A stretch of 64,000 bases of DNA from Eledone cirrhosa (lineage: Eukaryota), in NCBI GenBank assembly GCA_964016885.1, contig OZ024741.1:299584001-299648000 (forward strand), written 5' to 3'. The notes beneath the pieces are model-generated. The model was not told the DNA's origin and did no database searches. It saw nothing but the letters and a program-made list of their open reading frames with translations. Of the stretch, positions 40,026 to 54,875 are shown in pieces; position 1 is the stretch's first letter, and each line of letters begins with the position of its first letter. A program made the translations under genes and the position numbers.

Positions 40026-42129
40026 GTGTGTGTGTATGTGAATGTGTCTGTTGACACCTGGAATATAGCTTAAGAGAAACATAACAATAATGATATGATC
40101 GGCACCCAATATGTTGAACTGGTTTATAGAATTCTCTTGGCCTTTGTCACTCTAAGTAGAGTTTTAAAGAATTTCCCGTTTCTTTAAATCCATCAACCAT
40201 GATCGACCCATTGTTAGCTTAAGAGAATCTTAAAAATAAGGAGTGGCACCCCAATCTGAACTAGTTTATAGAATTCTTTCGGCTTTTGTCACTCTAAATA
40301 AAAATTATAACCTTAAAGAATTAGCTTTTAATGAATTCCATTTCTTTCAACCAATGACTTTTCAATTTTCTGGTCACCTGTAGTGCCATACATCCTGTTT
40401 GCTTTAATGCTTGGTCGTAAACAATTTGTTCCGTAACTGTGCATTGCAATGGGTTTTTATTATTATTGTTATTGCTAATATTTGCAGAGAGGCAGTAATA
40501 TCACGTAATGTTTACTCTTTTTCATATAAATATAAAATGAATTCATGATGTATCCTGTTTATTTCCATGTTTAACTATGTCATCAATTATTTTCACTTCA
40601 AATTTATTGGAAATAAGAGATTATTTGCGTTTCCTTTCATACGTTTCAAATTAAACATAAGTTGGTAAAGTTAATTCCTTAAATATCTTCTCTTAAATGA
40701 AATCTCATAGAATAGAAAAACACAGACGCAACAAAATATGTAATACAGATTATATTGAATCAGAAACAGTCAAGGCAAGGAAATAATTCGAAACAAAAAA
40801 TGTATTCTACCAGCGTCATTAATAATATCACATCAAAGATCATCCTCTGTATTGGGTCTAACAAACTTGTAAAATTACTAACTATCCAGGTCACCATCTT
40901 TGAATTAATCACACAAAATGTTATCACTTCGTTATAATACGGCTATGTTTTTTAATAGGACTCTCCAATTAAAACAAAGAAAGTAGAGGAGATAATCTAG
41001 AATTTGTGTTTATTTGTAAAATAAGGTGTAATTTAATATTGAATATCTGTTAACATTCAGTTAGCTACTACATTCATGCTGAGGATTTCGGTGAATTATC
41101 TAAACATAAAAGAATATTATATCCCACTGCCAAAGAATATACAGTCACGCATATATAATATGTCACTACTGATGTCAGAATAAGTCTGAAATATGCGTGG
41201 AATTGTGTTATACATGTTGGACTTTGAAAATAGTATTTTTCATTTATATCGCTTCTTTGTGAAGAGAATATTATTCCCGGTTATCGTTTTAATGTTCCAC
41301 ACTTTAAATCTACAAACAGCAGCACATGATATGTATCATCATTATGAATTAATTGGAGACAGATAAAACATTAAAAATGAAATAATATATTTCTTATCTC
41401 AGGAATAAAAGTCACCAATAGAGTTTTGTATATATATGTATGAATACAGAGAATCCTACGCAATGTTGCTTATTAAAATAAAATCTGCATTAATTGCATT
41501 ATAAGGGGGATATCCTACATAGCAGGTGAGCACTATTTAGTATGTAGGTTTAATTCATACAAGCTGCCCTTTTTTCTATATCAAAACCACATTCCTAATA
41601 CATAGAGACACATATACTTGCATACATACATATATACATGCATAGATACATACATACATGCACACAGAAAAAATGGGTACGCCTTAGTTTCGAGAATTGC
41701 TCTCCCTTAATGCTCTTAACATGCATGGGCGACACGAACATGACATTTTAGTATTTCCAAGGACTCAGATTTCCTTTTGCATATGCTGCAGTGAAAGACA
41801 AAAATGAAACGGCCATGCTCTCGCAACACACATTAAAGTAGTTTACTTCAAGTGATGCCTGCGCTTGAAGCTTTTTTAAGCGAAGAAAGGTCTTGCAATT
41901 GACCAATCTCACTCTATTAACAACGGTATCGAAAAAGGAACTGGTCAACATCATTCCCTGCCACTGAGTCGCAGGGTTTTCATCATAATTTCCTTCACCT
42001 ATAATCATGTCTCAACAAGAATTAAAGGTGTCTCATTCCGATGGGATAACCACGCGCTCGGGCATGAAACATAGTTTTTCCATGCTCTCGTGCATACTTA
42101 CATGCACACATACATGTTGATTGCTACGT

Positions 42130-43955
42130 CTTGTCAGAAGCGTGCTATCCCTTCATTGAACATTGCAGGATCATGTGCAAGTTTGTGACGTTTCAAACCC
42201 GCTTTTGTTGTTGATACGTTCACAGATGTGACACTTGAACTGTCTCTCTCCTTCCAATACGGCCGGGGTATGTTTTTATGTATTTTACCATGGCAGGGCA
42301 GACCACCCGATGACTTGAAAATCAAGCCACATTCACTGCAAATATGCTGAGGAGTGTGTGGCAGTAGAACCATCTGATAGTTGGCTCGTGTAATTCAGAT
42401 AGTTAAGAAAACAAGCTCGTATCAGAAGAAATCGGCCACATACATTGTACCTCAAATCTTGCTGAAACTTAATCCCACTTACAAACTGAACGCTTCAAAA
42501 CAGTATACTCCACTCGCTTTTTCTCAAAGACATAACAACCATATTTGATTATCTTTCTCTTGAACCAGTCTCTCTCAGATCTCCATATCAATCTTCAGAG
42601 CTTTAAGATTGTCTTTTAAGGCATCCTTAAACCGCCTCTTTGGTTTATGCAGTGGCCTTTTTCCTCTGGCGAGCTCTCCATAAAACATCTGTTTAGGCCG
42701 ACTTCCATCCTCCATCCTGACCACATGACCAGCGCACCTGGTTCATAATAATCTTCCTCTCAATACTAGTGCTTCCAGCTTTCTCAAGTACCGCAGCATC
42801 AGGTGTGTAAGAGGATCACTTGATGTTCAGGATACGTCGTATACAATGCTGATGAAATATTTCCATCTGCCTGATATGAGGCCTATAGGTTGTCCACGAT
42901 TCACATCCATATAGCAGGGCTGTAAGAACACAGGCCTCATACACAGAGAATTTTGTGTTTTTCGTGATACGCCGATTTGACCAGCCTCGCTTGTCAAGCT
43001 TCCCGAAAGCAGGAATTGCTCACGCAATCCTGTGATCTATTTCAGCATCGAGAGTACAATATGTACTAAGTGTACTTCCAAGATACACAAACTTGTCTGC
43101 CACCTCAAGACTTTTTTCTCTCACGAAAACATCTGGTTCCACATACACTTTCCCAATTGGTGGAGTGTACATGACCTTTGACTTTTTTAGACTAATATTT
43201 AGCCCCAAAAGAATACATGCATTGGAAAAGGTGTCCAATATCAACTTCATGTCCTCTCATGTAACAGCCACAAATTCTGCATCATCAGCATACAGGAAAT
43301 CCCTAACAAGGGTGCCGAACGTTTTGGACTTGGTGTTAAACCGTCTTAGATTAAATACTTTGCCAGTGGTTATCATTTGCAAGTATACACCGATTTCGAA
43401 ATCTTGGAAGGCAAAGTAAATGGGAAACAGTGTGGGTGCATATTTATCACCTTGTTTAACATCGATCTCCACAGAAATTGGCTCTGAAAGTCCCATTAAA
43501 ATTCGCTTTTGCTTTCATATCTTGAAGGAGTTTCTTGAATATTCCAAGGAATCGATGGAGGCATGCAAGGTTCCCTAATATGACTCACAATGCACTACAA
43601 TTAACAGTAGCAACAGCTTTGGTAAGGTCCACAAACACCTGATAACATGGCGCTTGCTGCTCAACACATTTCTCCATAAGCTGACTGGCTGTGAAAACCA
43701 CGTCGATAGTGTCCCACCCAGATCTGAATCCATGCTGCGTCTCAGCGATGGCACCGTGGCAGATCAATTTTATTAGACGATTCAGAAAGACCTTGGATAA
43801 GACTTTTCCTACAATTTCGAACGGACTTATACCACGATAAAAACAGCATTACGACTTGGAGCCTTTGCCCTTGTAAATCGAGAGTAAAATAGAATCTACT
43901 CAGTCTTGCGGGACAGGCTCACCATGCAATACAGATAAGACTAGCACATGAATGG
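42130..43955 (-). mobile_element. Decayed RTE-clade LINE
   Basis: Fragments ETQHGFRSG, FVDLTKA, VKQGD..APTLF, GKVFNLRRF, FLYADD, FVYLGSTLS, and a C-terminal C2H2-like CSECG..FKS..GL..H. Confidence 0.9.
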
Positions 43956-43959
43956 CCAA

Positions 43960-44200
43960 AGGGTCATTCCATCTCAAATCACCCAAAGGGTCCCAGGTTA
44001 CCCCCCTTAGATCCCCCTGAAAAACATCATGCTGACTCGTGAACCTATATGATGGAAAAATAGCAAGAATTAGGTCAATGTCTTTGATAGTTTTGAAATT
44101 GTAAGCCTTTAAAATATTAATTAATTATTCTTTTTTTTTCCGAATGGACCAGCTTGGACCAACTTGAGACATCCATTTCTCCTTTAATAAGGTAAGCTCA
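43960..44200. mobile_element. Possible DNA-transposon/MITE end
   Basis: Abrupt start GGGTCATTCCATCTCAA after the LINE and MITE-like subterminal composition. No partner TIR seen. Confidence 0.3.
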
Positions 44201-45529
44201 ACTTTGTAATCGTGTGTTTGGGGTTAACGCTTTCTATAAGTTCAAATATCACATCAAGTGTATTTTGCATATTATTCCATCTACAGGCCTCTGATTATTG
44301 CCAAGAATTAAGTGTACAGCATATGTATGCCTCTTTTATGTATTTCTATCTCAAGAATGGACCAATTCGTTTAAAAGGTTGTAAACGTGTAATTGGGACG
44401 CTAAACACAGACGGTAGACAGAATGAGTCATTCTAAATGTCTGATATGGAGTTCCGAAAATATCATAACATCAAACCGAGAAAGATACTTCTTGCAATCA
44501 ACGAACAGGAAACCCCACGAAGTAGCTACGGCACAAATGTGGAAGGTCATCGCTTGATAATAAACGTAGCCTGTGCAAAACAAATACTGAATATGGTAGC
44601 CATGTTATTGCCAAATGTGAAACAATATTCTCTCATTACTAACTCCCCGTGATGCATGGGATATCTAGAAAGATCTGGACAGCATTACGAAAATAAAATC
44701 ACTTATGTAGGAATATTTTGGGAATGATTGTTTATAGGAATACTAGCAAATTGAAGCACAATTGGCCTGGTATTACTGTTTGGGACCACACATTAAAACA
44801 TGATTTGTTGTAGAATTAAGCTGTGCACGTGGAGCCAATATTGAAAGTAAAATGCATCAGAATGAGGATATCCTCCGACCATTGATGGGGAGTTTCCAGA
44901 TCCAGTATACAAAATACACATTCAGCTTCTTCCATATTATTATTGTATAACGGATCTTCAATTTGTAGGGAAAGAATGTAACTCCTTAATTCATATTCTA
45001 CAAATTGCCGCGAACATAGAACCTTTAAAACCTGTAAAACATTTTTACAATTCAAAGGTTGAAAGCTTACACAAGCAACAACGACAATTTCCTTTTCTTT
45101 ACAACTTTCCTATCGTGAAGATGGCCTGTCGAAAATAAACCGAAAATTATGTGAGAGAAGAACCAATGTACGTTCTTACAAACAAACATATAGGAAAACC
45201 GTCTGTTGGCAATAAAGGTAGTCTGTGCAAACCAAGATTATACCTATTATTATTCATACTGCAGTATATATAACAAGAATAAGGTATGACTCTAGTAGCA
45301 TTTGTGAAAAGAAAGAACGCATCCCTTTAATTCATAAGCTATAAATGGCCACGGCATCTGGAATGATGAAATTCTGTGAAACAGTTTCGCGATTGAAAGA
45401 ATGAACTTTTACACGAAAGGCAACGAATGTGAAAAGTAAATTCAAATTTAAGACATACATATATACATAGATTCAAACATAAACGCAAGCATACATAAAC
45501 ACAAATACACACAGACATAAATATACATA

Positions 45530-46305
<776 letters not shown>

Positions 46306-46591
46306 CCACACATATCTCTCTGCCACACTATATAAACAAGACGCACATGCGTGCCAGTAATATACCATTTGAACTATATAACCGCTTATCTTCATGTTGT
46401 ATTTTAACCTGTATTTTTGATTTTTGATTGTACCTCTTAATATAAATGTAATCTCGAAGTGTGTACTGCCACTCTAAATTCTGTAATGAATGTTGACCCA
46501 CAATGTTTGAATATGTATCAATGTTTGAATATGTATCGGTATGTCTCTCGGCTGAAAAGGAGGTCATATAACTGTCCATGCATTAATAAAT

Positions 46592-46638
46592 TGCTCCGAA
46601 GAATCCAAACCTCGGTTTGGAGGAAACAGCTGTAAGCA
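46592..46638 (+). ncRNA. Type I hammerhead ribozyme variant (CCGAAGA core)
   Basis: TGCT-CCGAAGA-ATCCAAAC(CTCG)GTTTGGAG-GAAA-CAGCTG-TA-AGCA. 7-bp stem II and palindromic stem III. Confidence 0.7.
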
Positions 46639-46669
46639 CAATAATATTTTGAACAGTTCTTTGATTCTT

Positions 46670-46709
<40 letters not shown>

Positions 46710-46737
46710 CATACATATACGTATATATATATATAAT

Positions 46738-46771
<34 letters not shown>

Positions 46772-46773
46772 AT

Positions 46774-46828
<55 letters not shown>

Positions 46829-48205
46829 ATATAAATATATATATACGTATATGTATGTATGTGTATATATATATATATATATGATTATATATATGGTATA
46901 TATATGATTATATATATGATATATATATATATATGATTTGGAAATTTCATGCATCCGAAATAAAAGCATATGCCACCAGTTGATTTACTAGTCACCTTTT
47001 ATTACTAGCCAGATAACTAAGCTCTTATTGGTTTATCAACCAAATGCATATTATTTGTCATCAATTCTATTTCATTTGACATTGTGTAATATACTTAATG
47101 TCTTATTTTGTCCTCTATTTATCCTCGTCTCTTTGTATTTCATTGGTGTGTGTGTGGTGTATACATGTGTGTATGCACCTTTGTGTGTCAGCGTATGCTT
47201 TTTGTCTTTTATGTTTCTCTATAGTGAACGTCTCTCTGGGAATACTGTGAGTTTGTGTATACTCAAACATCTCCTTACATTTGTATATAAGTAGGTTGTT
47301 GTCTATACTGTAATTCCCATCTACAAGCTAATCGCTGCTTTCAACACACTCCTCTTTCTCCACCACTGTTTTGCTATACTATGTTTATAATCCACCCCAA
47401 CACTACGACCTAAATTAAATTAGACTTTATAGGTGATTTTAAGTCAGTTTACATTGACTTAAATCGAAGCCCTAACACTTGAACAACTTCCCCACCTTTT
47501 GAGATAAATTAATATTATTATATGCTGCATGTAATTTGAAGAGTTTTATCATTTGTTTCATTTTTACAACGTTTTATCAACAAGTTTTGAAATACTCATT
47601 AATTGTTTTCAGTATGAAAATATGCATTTATGTAGAGGTGCGCTGATTTAATTATTTCAAATATATATGGAATTGATGTATTACAATTGTAACATATGAA
47701 AAGTATTCAGTAAATATGGTTGAAAGTTTTTTTTCCCCATATACATTTGCAAGATTTCTAATTAATTTACATTTAATGAGAGCGTTGTACATTAACGAGA
47801 GATTAAAACTATTAGCATGAGATGCTAGGATAATGGTAGTTGTTTCATCCGTTAATATTACATCACAATTACGGCTTTCTTGATATTGTTACAATGGTTA
47901 ACCGATTGTGGTTCAAACAAACGGGATTAATATTTACATAATTGATGTTGATTCCCAACCTTCCAAACCAGTGAGCATAAATATGCATATATCCCTCGAT
48001 TTACATGTGTCCAGTTACACACCCACCCCTATATATGTATATATCTATATATATATATATATATTGAAGAGTTAAACAAAATTCAATGAGTATATCAAAG
48101 AATGAGCTTTACAATAGATAGGAAGCACTCTACGGCAAAATAATTTTCCTGAGTTATTAATATTAGAATATAAATAAAATAGATGTATATGTCATGTATC
48201 ATTAT

Positions 48206-48258
48206 ATTTTGTCTGATGAGGTCGTACTTTTCTACATCCGAAATATGTATAATAAAAT
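48206..48258 (+). ncRNA. Type I hammerhead ribozyme in a ~240 bp unit (48062-48302) between (TA)n tracts
   Basis: ATTTTGT-CTGATGA(48213)-GGTCGTA..TACATCC-GAAA-TATGTA-TA-ATAAAAT. Confidence 0.75.
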
Positions 48259-48424
48259 GCAATTGATCAAAAGAACATTTATTTTATTAATATTTATATT
48301 CTAATATATATATAAATACATATAAGGCTGGGTGGGTGGTGGGTATCTATCTATCTGACTTCCCTCTCTCGCTCTCTTTTTATTCCCCCCCCTCTCTATG
48401 TATATATATACACATATATGTATG

Positions 48425-48489
<65 letters not shown>

Positions 48490-48502
48490 TATGTATATAT
48501 CC

Positions 48503-48535
<33 letters not shown>

Positions 48536-48951
48536 CATATAGAGAGAGAGAGAAAGCGAGGGGGAGAGAAAGAGAGTGAGAGAGAAAGAGAGAGATAGTA
48601 TTTGTTAATATTTTCTTTATGTAGATTATTTTGGTGATATTCTGTATGCCTATTGGTTTCAGATGCACTCATCTCAGCGCTCCTATGAAATTGTTTTAAT
48701 AACAACTTGTGATGTATTACTGAATAATACCTTAATCGACAAGATACTGCGGCGTATCTCATTAATATGCATGTATTTTATCATATGTTAAACTATATAT
48801 ATATGAAAAATATGGGGAGAAGAATACTGCATGGTTGCACATGGATTACATGTTATAAAATGAGTCCCTCGTCAGTGATTTTCCAACGATCATTGGTATT
48901 TCATCGCATTAAAAATCAGTATATATATATATATGTATATATGTATATATG

Positions 48952-48982
<31 letters not shown>

Positions 48983-48983
<1 letters not shown>

Positions 48984-49053
48984 AAAGGAATTCCAACTGT
49001 GTCTGATTTACTCTTTAAAACGAGTAAATCAGAAAAAAGTTGGAATTCCTTTT
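48983..49053. repeat. 71-bp hairpin
   Basis: AAAAGGAATTCCAACT..TCTGATTTACTC pairs with GAGTAAATCAGA..AGTTGGAATTCCTTTT. Confidence 0.9.
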
Positions 49054-49097
49054 AATAATATAATTTTCTATACACAATCATACACACCCGTGTATAT

Positions 49098-49270
<173 letters not shown>

Positions 49271-49311
49271 TACATATATACATATATACATATATTATAT
49301 ACTGTATATAT

Positions 49312-49359
<48 letters not shown>

Positions 49360-49364
49360 GTATG

Positions 49365-49460
<96 letters not shown>

Positions 49461-51654
49461 CATACACGTGTGTATATGTATATGTGTATTGATTGAAATT
49501 ATCAGTATGAAAACACATTAAACATTCCCTTTTAAAAATAAAACCTCTTTAGGGATTATTCAATATTTTTGATTCGTACAAATCAATGAATTTACAAATT
49601 ACGTCCAAGATGAAAGGCTATCTTTGAGCGATGAAAGTTATATCGAATACTGCTGCGACTACTACTACTACTGCTGCTACTTCTGCCATTGCACACAAAC
49701 ACAGAGGAAAATCAAAGGATTGAAATAGAGATTGCCCTAATTTCAGGATGCAGATGGTTTCTCCCCATTGAATGTTACAACAACACGTTTTGATGTAACA
49801 TCAGTAACAAACACACATTCTTCTTATACAACACTAAACGAAATATAGAAACCTAAAGGCAAGGGAACATATAATATAGTAATCAATAAATGTGAATTTA
49901 TCATTTATCAGAAATAGGTATTCTGGCGTGTACACAATTCTATATTGTTTGATGATTTCTTATGTTTTGACAAGTTCCATTATTATTAATATATTTTCAA
50001 CAGTTCAACCACGCTGGCTTCTTCCTTTACACTAAGTACAACTCCTATGCTAATGCTGTTGTTGTTTAACCCCAGGTTCATCTTGCCTGGATAGCTCTAC
50101 AACCATAGGCACGTCAGGTATAAATATCGCCTTATGTATAAAGAATTATTGGATAACATCATTTAATATATTATTTCCATTCCAAAGATCATAGGAGATT
50201 AGGCTGCTATTTCATTAAAATTGAATGACCACATTGGGATTCACAAATTGTACTGAAGTGCACAATCTTGTTTGAACTATGCAGATAATATCCATGGTGC
50301 TGTCCGTGTTTGTATGAAACACCTGATTTGTTTTCTTGTGAGGTTTGTTCTCTTGCTTCCGCTGTTTTGTCAGTTTGTTGACTATGTGAAGTATGAGATG
50401 TTATATTTTCGTAAGTGATAATTACATTTGCATGTGTTTGTTTGAGATATGGTCTGTGTTTTCGTGAATGCTGATGATTGTTTGGGTTTTCTTTTGCGTA
50501 AATTGTATTACATCATTTGATCGATTGACAGATTCGGCAGAGCGTTGCACAGGAAATTAACATGCAATATAGGTCCCGGGCTTTTACGTCGTGAGGCCAA
50601 TCCCATCAAGGTCAACTTTCGCTTTGATGCTTCCACCTCGGTTATTTAACATGTCAGTTAAGTAGTGGGTCAACATAATTAGTCATTTGTTTACCCAAAT
50701 TGATATTGTGCCTAAATTAGATGAAGAAAAACAATAAAGACTTAAGCAAAATGACGAATAGCAACGATAAGCAAAATAAGGGACTATATCGCTATCGTAA
50801 TACAGACAGTAGAAGTAGGGATAAAAGTATCGGCGCCGTCACGAGCAACATAGTTATAAGCGGGAAAATAGCTCGCCATCGTATCGGCAACAAACAGTGT
50901 GTTGAGAAAATTAAGTACATATTCCTCCAGGACTCAATTCCCATTTGTCTTATTCCTTCACTTGAGAAAAAAGTTTTTTTCATAATTTTCATTTGTTCAT
51001 TCTTACATAATTTGCGGTCTACTTGTAGGCGTTTTATATTAGTTTACTAGTTGTATAATGAGCTAATATCCTTTTCTCTTGGTTCATATGATCTGTCACA
51101 CGCACTGGAGAGAACGATAACAAAGGACATAATTTACTAAAACGTAGTCTGACCACAAACATACTGTTTTATTTTAATAACAATTGCTCCAGGGTACATT
51201 ACGCTTCTCATTTTAAATGCCACTGTAAATCAAGGAAACACTAAATGAACTGTAGTGGTATATGTATTCCAAATGTGAACTAGTTATGATGTCTTACTGC
51301 TCCGAATTTACATTCTTTATGATGATACACTTCACACCTCGCGAAAGGAATATTACACATTCGTATTCATCCGTTGAAAACATTGGGGTATTTCAATATA
51401 AAAGAAATGAATATGAAATTTCCCGAAAATGTCATCATTTTCAGTCCTTATTTTACAAACATATCTTAAATAGTAGATAGCATTGCCATTCGTAATAACA
51501 TCTTTCCATACCTATAGGAATTATATCAAATGATAGTACATCCATTATATAATAACTGCGCTGCTTTGACTACTATATTGTTAAATTATATATATGTATA
51601 GTATCTTCCAGACTCACAGAATTATCAAGAATGATAACTACTATTCAATGAATA

Positions 51655-51965
51655 TATGGCTTAGTGGCTATAGCGTTGGACTTGCAATCTTTAGGTTGTG
51701 AGTTCAATTGCCGAAATGGGTGATGCGTTGTGTCCTTGAGCAAGACACTTATCTCACGTTGCTTCAGTTGACACAGCTGTAGAAATGAGTTGTGACGTCA
51801 ATGCTGCAAAGTTCTAGTGACTTGTGAACAATTGGTAGCTTGGAGAGGGGAGACATATATACATAGGTAACTGCTTCTCTTTCGCAAACAATCTTGCCCG
51901 CACTTGGGCCTCTAGGTGCAAATCCCATGGTCAATCGTAACCGAAGGGGATCTTTACCATTTACT
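51655..51965 (+). mobile_element. tRNA-derived SINE
   Basis: TGGCTTAGTGG A-box, GAGTTCAATTGC B-box-like, GTGTCCTTGAGCAAGACACTT core. Confidence 0.8.
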
Positions 51966-53254
51966 ATTTATATATGTGTTATTTCATATCTCCCTGTTGT
52001 GAAACGTAATAACTACATTCTCGTTGCAGCTTTCGATTAATGTTCTACGATTTGAATTTTGTCTTCTTAGGTTAACTCGTTTAAACAAAGTTGCTTATCA
52101 GCTCTGAGAACACAAGTTATTTTGTTGATATATAAATTTATTTACACTTCGAAAAACGAAGGACAATATGTGTTAAAATCTGTGGCACATTACAAATATA
52201 TAGCCAAATTCATCGCTATTTCACTGCAATTTACTATGTAACATTCAACTGTAAATAGTGTGGAATATATGATATATCGAAGATTAATTCCGAAATCTGG
52301 TGAATATTGTTTAAAATATTGTCGTGGATTTCTGATTTATTAGATTGACAGAGAAAGAATCACGATCATTATTTAATTCATAGTTGTTTCTGCGTTTCAT
52401 GCTTTATAGAAACATAGATAGGAGGTAATTTAATGCACTGTTACGGCATTACAATTTCAGATTTTATGACTTTGATAATAATTACAAAGTTTATTCGTAT
52501 AGCGTCGCAAATTCCAAAGACTTGAAGAGATCATAAGTCTTTTTCGTTTTCAAATAGAAATGTGTGAGCAGAGATACTTTATATTCTCTGATATAGCTTT
52601 CCAAATTTTAAGTTAACTCACATAAACAGTCTCAAAATTTCATTCATATTTCGTGTGTCGGCTGTTGCTACTGAGATTAGTAGCAGTTACGTTCTACAAA
52701 TAACAACAGTAATATTTAACTTTTCTCTTAATATCCATACAGTTTCATGCGATGTTTATCTAATCTAGTTAACTATAGAATTATATTCGAATTGAATGAT
52801 ATTATCGCCCTACAATGTGTCAATATATTCTATACTATGTTTCATATAGGGACGCAGGCCACGCAATAGTTTATATCCGTGACTGTGAAAGGGATCATTG
52901 ACTCCCGCTAAATCTCAATGGAGACTGTATATGGTTCAGTAAAATAACCAGATTGAGGACAGATAACTGTCTCGATGTATTTATGTTGAATGTATATATA
53001 TATATATGTATCTATATATCATCATCATCCCCATTCTCTATCTCACTCATTCAATCTCTTTCACATTCTCTCTCTTCTTCATTGTATATATATATATATA
53101 AGAAAGGTTGACATATGTTGATGCCCTAAGGACAGACAATGGTCTCTTGGAGACGCAGGACATGGAAGCGATGATGAGAGACAGAGACCGCTCGCTGGAG
53201 AGAACTCGCCCATGGATCTCGACAGATTTACCCACCCTAGATAGATATATATAT

Positions 53255-53365
53255 ATAGGAAAAGAGTGAGGAGCCCGACGGCTGAGCGCCGGACGTTTCG
53301 GCAGCTAGATCCGAGCTGCCGAAACGGCCGGAGCTCAGCCATCGGGATCCTGACTCTTTTCCTAT
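53255..53365. repeat. GC-rich ~52-bp-arm hairpin built from hammerhead halves
   Basis: ATAGGAAAAGAGT...CGTTTCGGCAGCT-AGATCCG-AGCTGCCGAAACG...ACTCTTTTCCTAT. Confidence 0.85.
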
Positions 53366-53938
53366 TACCCACGCTACTACCCCAAGTATCGCGTACTCTA
53401 GTGCGTTATGGTCCACCTGGTTTCTTACCAAACTTTCTTTGTTATATCTATTTTTACGGAAAGGCTTTAATTTTCAAATATATAATATATGTCGTATATA
53501 ATAGACATATATATTTACATATGTAATTTCTATTTCTATTGTTTATATAATGCGAGCCAATGATGATACTATCATAGTTTGCAGAAATCCTCACATACTA
53601 TTGGCTAGATCTTAAATCGAAGAAATGGATGAATGGTGAATTGAAATTTAATCTACATCCAAATGGAACCTCTCTATGCTTGCAGGATTCGTCAACTAAA
53701 ATAGATGCATTTATTCTTTTCAAAGTATGAGCTTGTACGAATCCTGAGGAATCTAGTAGAGCATTGCATTGTATTAATTCTTAATATTTTGTCGCGAAGT
53801 TTCGATTAAATAAAACAGTGAAACGATAAAAGTGGTGAGTATATAAATAATGAATTAGACTTCAACCTTTTGATGTCAACACGACTAAAACATGCACTAG
53901 TTCTCTGAAACAGAACACTCTCTTTTAAAGGCTTGCAA

Positions 53939-54875
53939 TCTATATATATAAAACTGTGGTTGTCTGTCTGTCTATCGATTTTTGGCACACATCTCCTCTT
54001 AGAATCTCTCACGGAATTGCACCGAAATTGCTATACTTGTACATTGAGCCCTAGCGAAGACATCGGAAAAAAAAAATTTCAAATTGACCCGCCCTATGTG
54101 ACGAAATCGAATATAATGTATCGATTTTTGAGCGTAAGTTATCAGTTATTTCCCTTTGTTCTGTTTACATTGAGCGTCTTACGTAAAAAATTACGCTGGC
54201 TTTCTCAGCCTTTAAAATGACATTAACACAATTGTCGAGCCAGCAAAATATTGACCTGCAAAATTCATCAGTTCGAACACTAAGCTTCCGTTTTGCTTCA
54301 TTTCCATTTAAAAGCATTTTAAAACAATATTTTTACTTGAAAACAAGTCTATTTAAAGACTACGTAAAACAAGCAAATATTTCGTCGTTAGGCGTGCAGA
54401 CAGACAGTCGTGCAGACAGACAGTCGTGCAGAGAGGTGATATACGCGTGCAGACAGATAGTCGTGCAGAGAGGTGATATAGGCGTGCAGACAGACAGTCG
54501 TGCAGAGAGGTGATATAGGCGTGCAGACAGACAGTCGTGCAGAGAGGTGATATAGGCGTGCAGACAGACATAACTGATAATTTGGTTACGCTAATGTTTT
54601 TCTCAGCGTTGCAGTGTTTACATTTTCGATCTTTGTTAATAAATAACCAGTGCAGTTTCTATCCCCAGCATCCTCTTTTGTTATAACATTCGGGTTATCG
54701 TTATGTTTTCTTAACTTCATAAGGCATATTGTTGGTTGAGGGAATATTAATCAAAAACACCACATGCAAGTCTGCACAGTAGACACTACAGTTTTTAAGC
54801 CAAGAAAGAAACTTAACATTGTAACTTTAACACAGCTACTGAGCGACCCCGAGCAACGCCGGGCTTTACTGCTAG
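53939..54875 (+). mobile_element. Non-autonomous Helitron, copy 1
   Basis: 5' A|TCTATATATATAAA; 3' hairpin CCCGAGCAACGCCGGG followed by CTAG; internal 37-bp minisatellite. Confidence 0.88.
54390..54570 (+). repeat. 37-bp minisatellite inside the Helitron (also 55337-55426)
   Basis: Unit AGGCGTGCAGACAGACAGTCGTGCAGAGAGGTGATAT. Confidence 0.9.

Noticed and set aside
41700-42090. Higher-complexity segment with an 86-aa ORF
   Set aside because: No recognisable domain; cannot be assigned without a search.
48855-48885. Minus-strand CTGACGA
   Set aside because: No downstream GAAA box or stem III.
49741-49848. TTTCAG|DADGFSPL possible ankyrin-like exon
   Set aside because: The motif does not continue and there are no supporting exons.
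50792-50992. Hydrophobic minus-strand ORF vaguely like a membrane-protein exon
   Set aside because: No clear splice sites or diagnostic motif.
51655-51725. tRNA gene
   Set aside because: The tRNA-like head continues into a SINE body and the cloverleaf is not intact.
54390-54570. 37-bp repeats resembling a CRISPR array
   Set aside because: No spacers, eukaryotic context, and internal to a Helitron.
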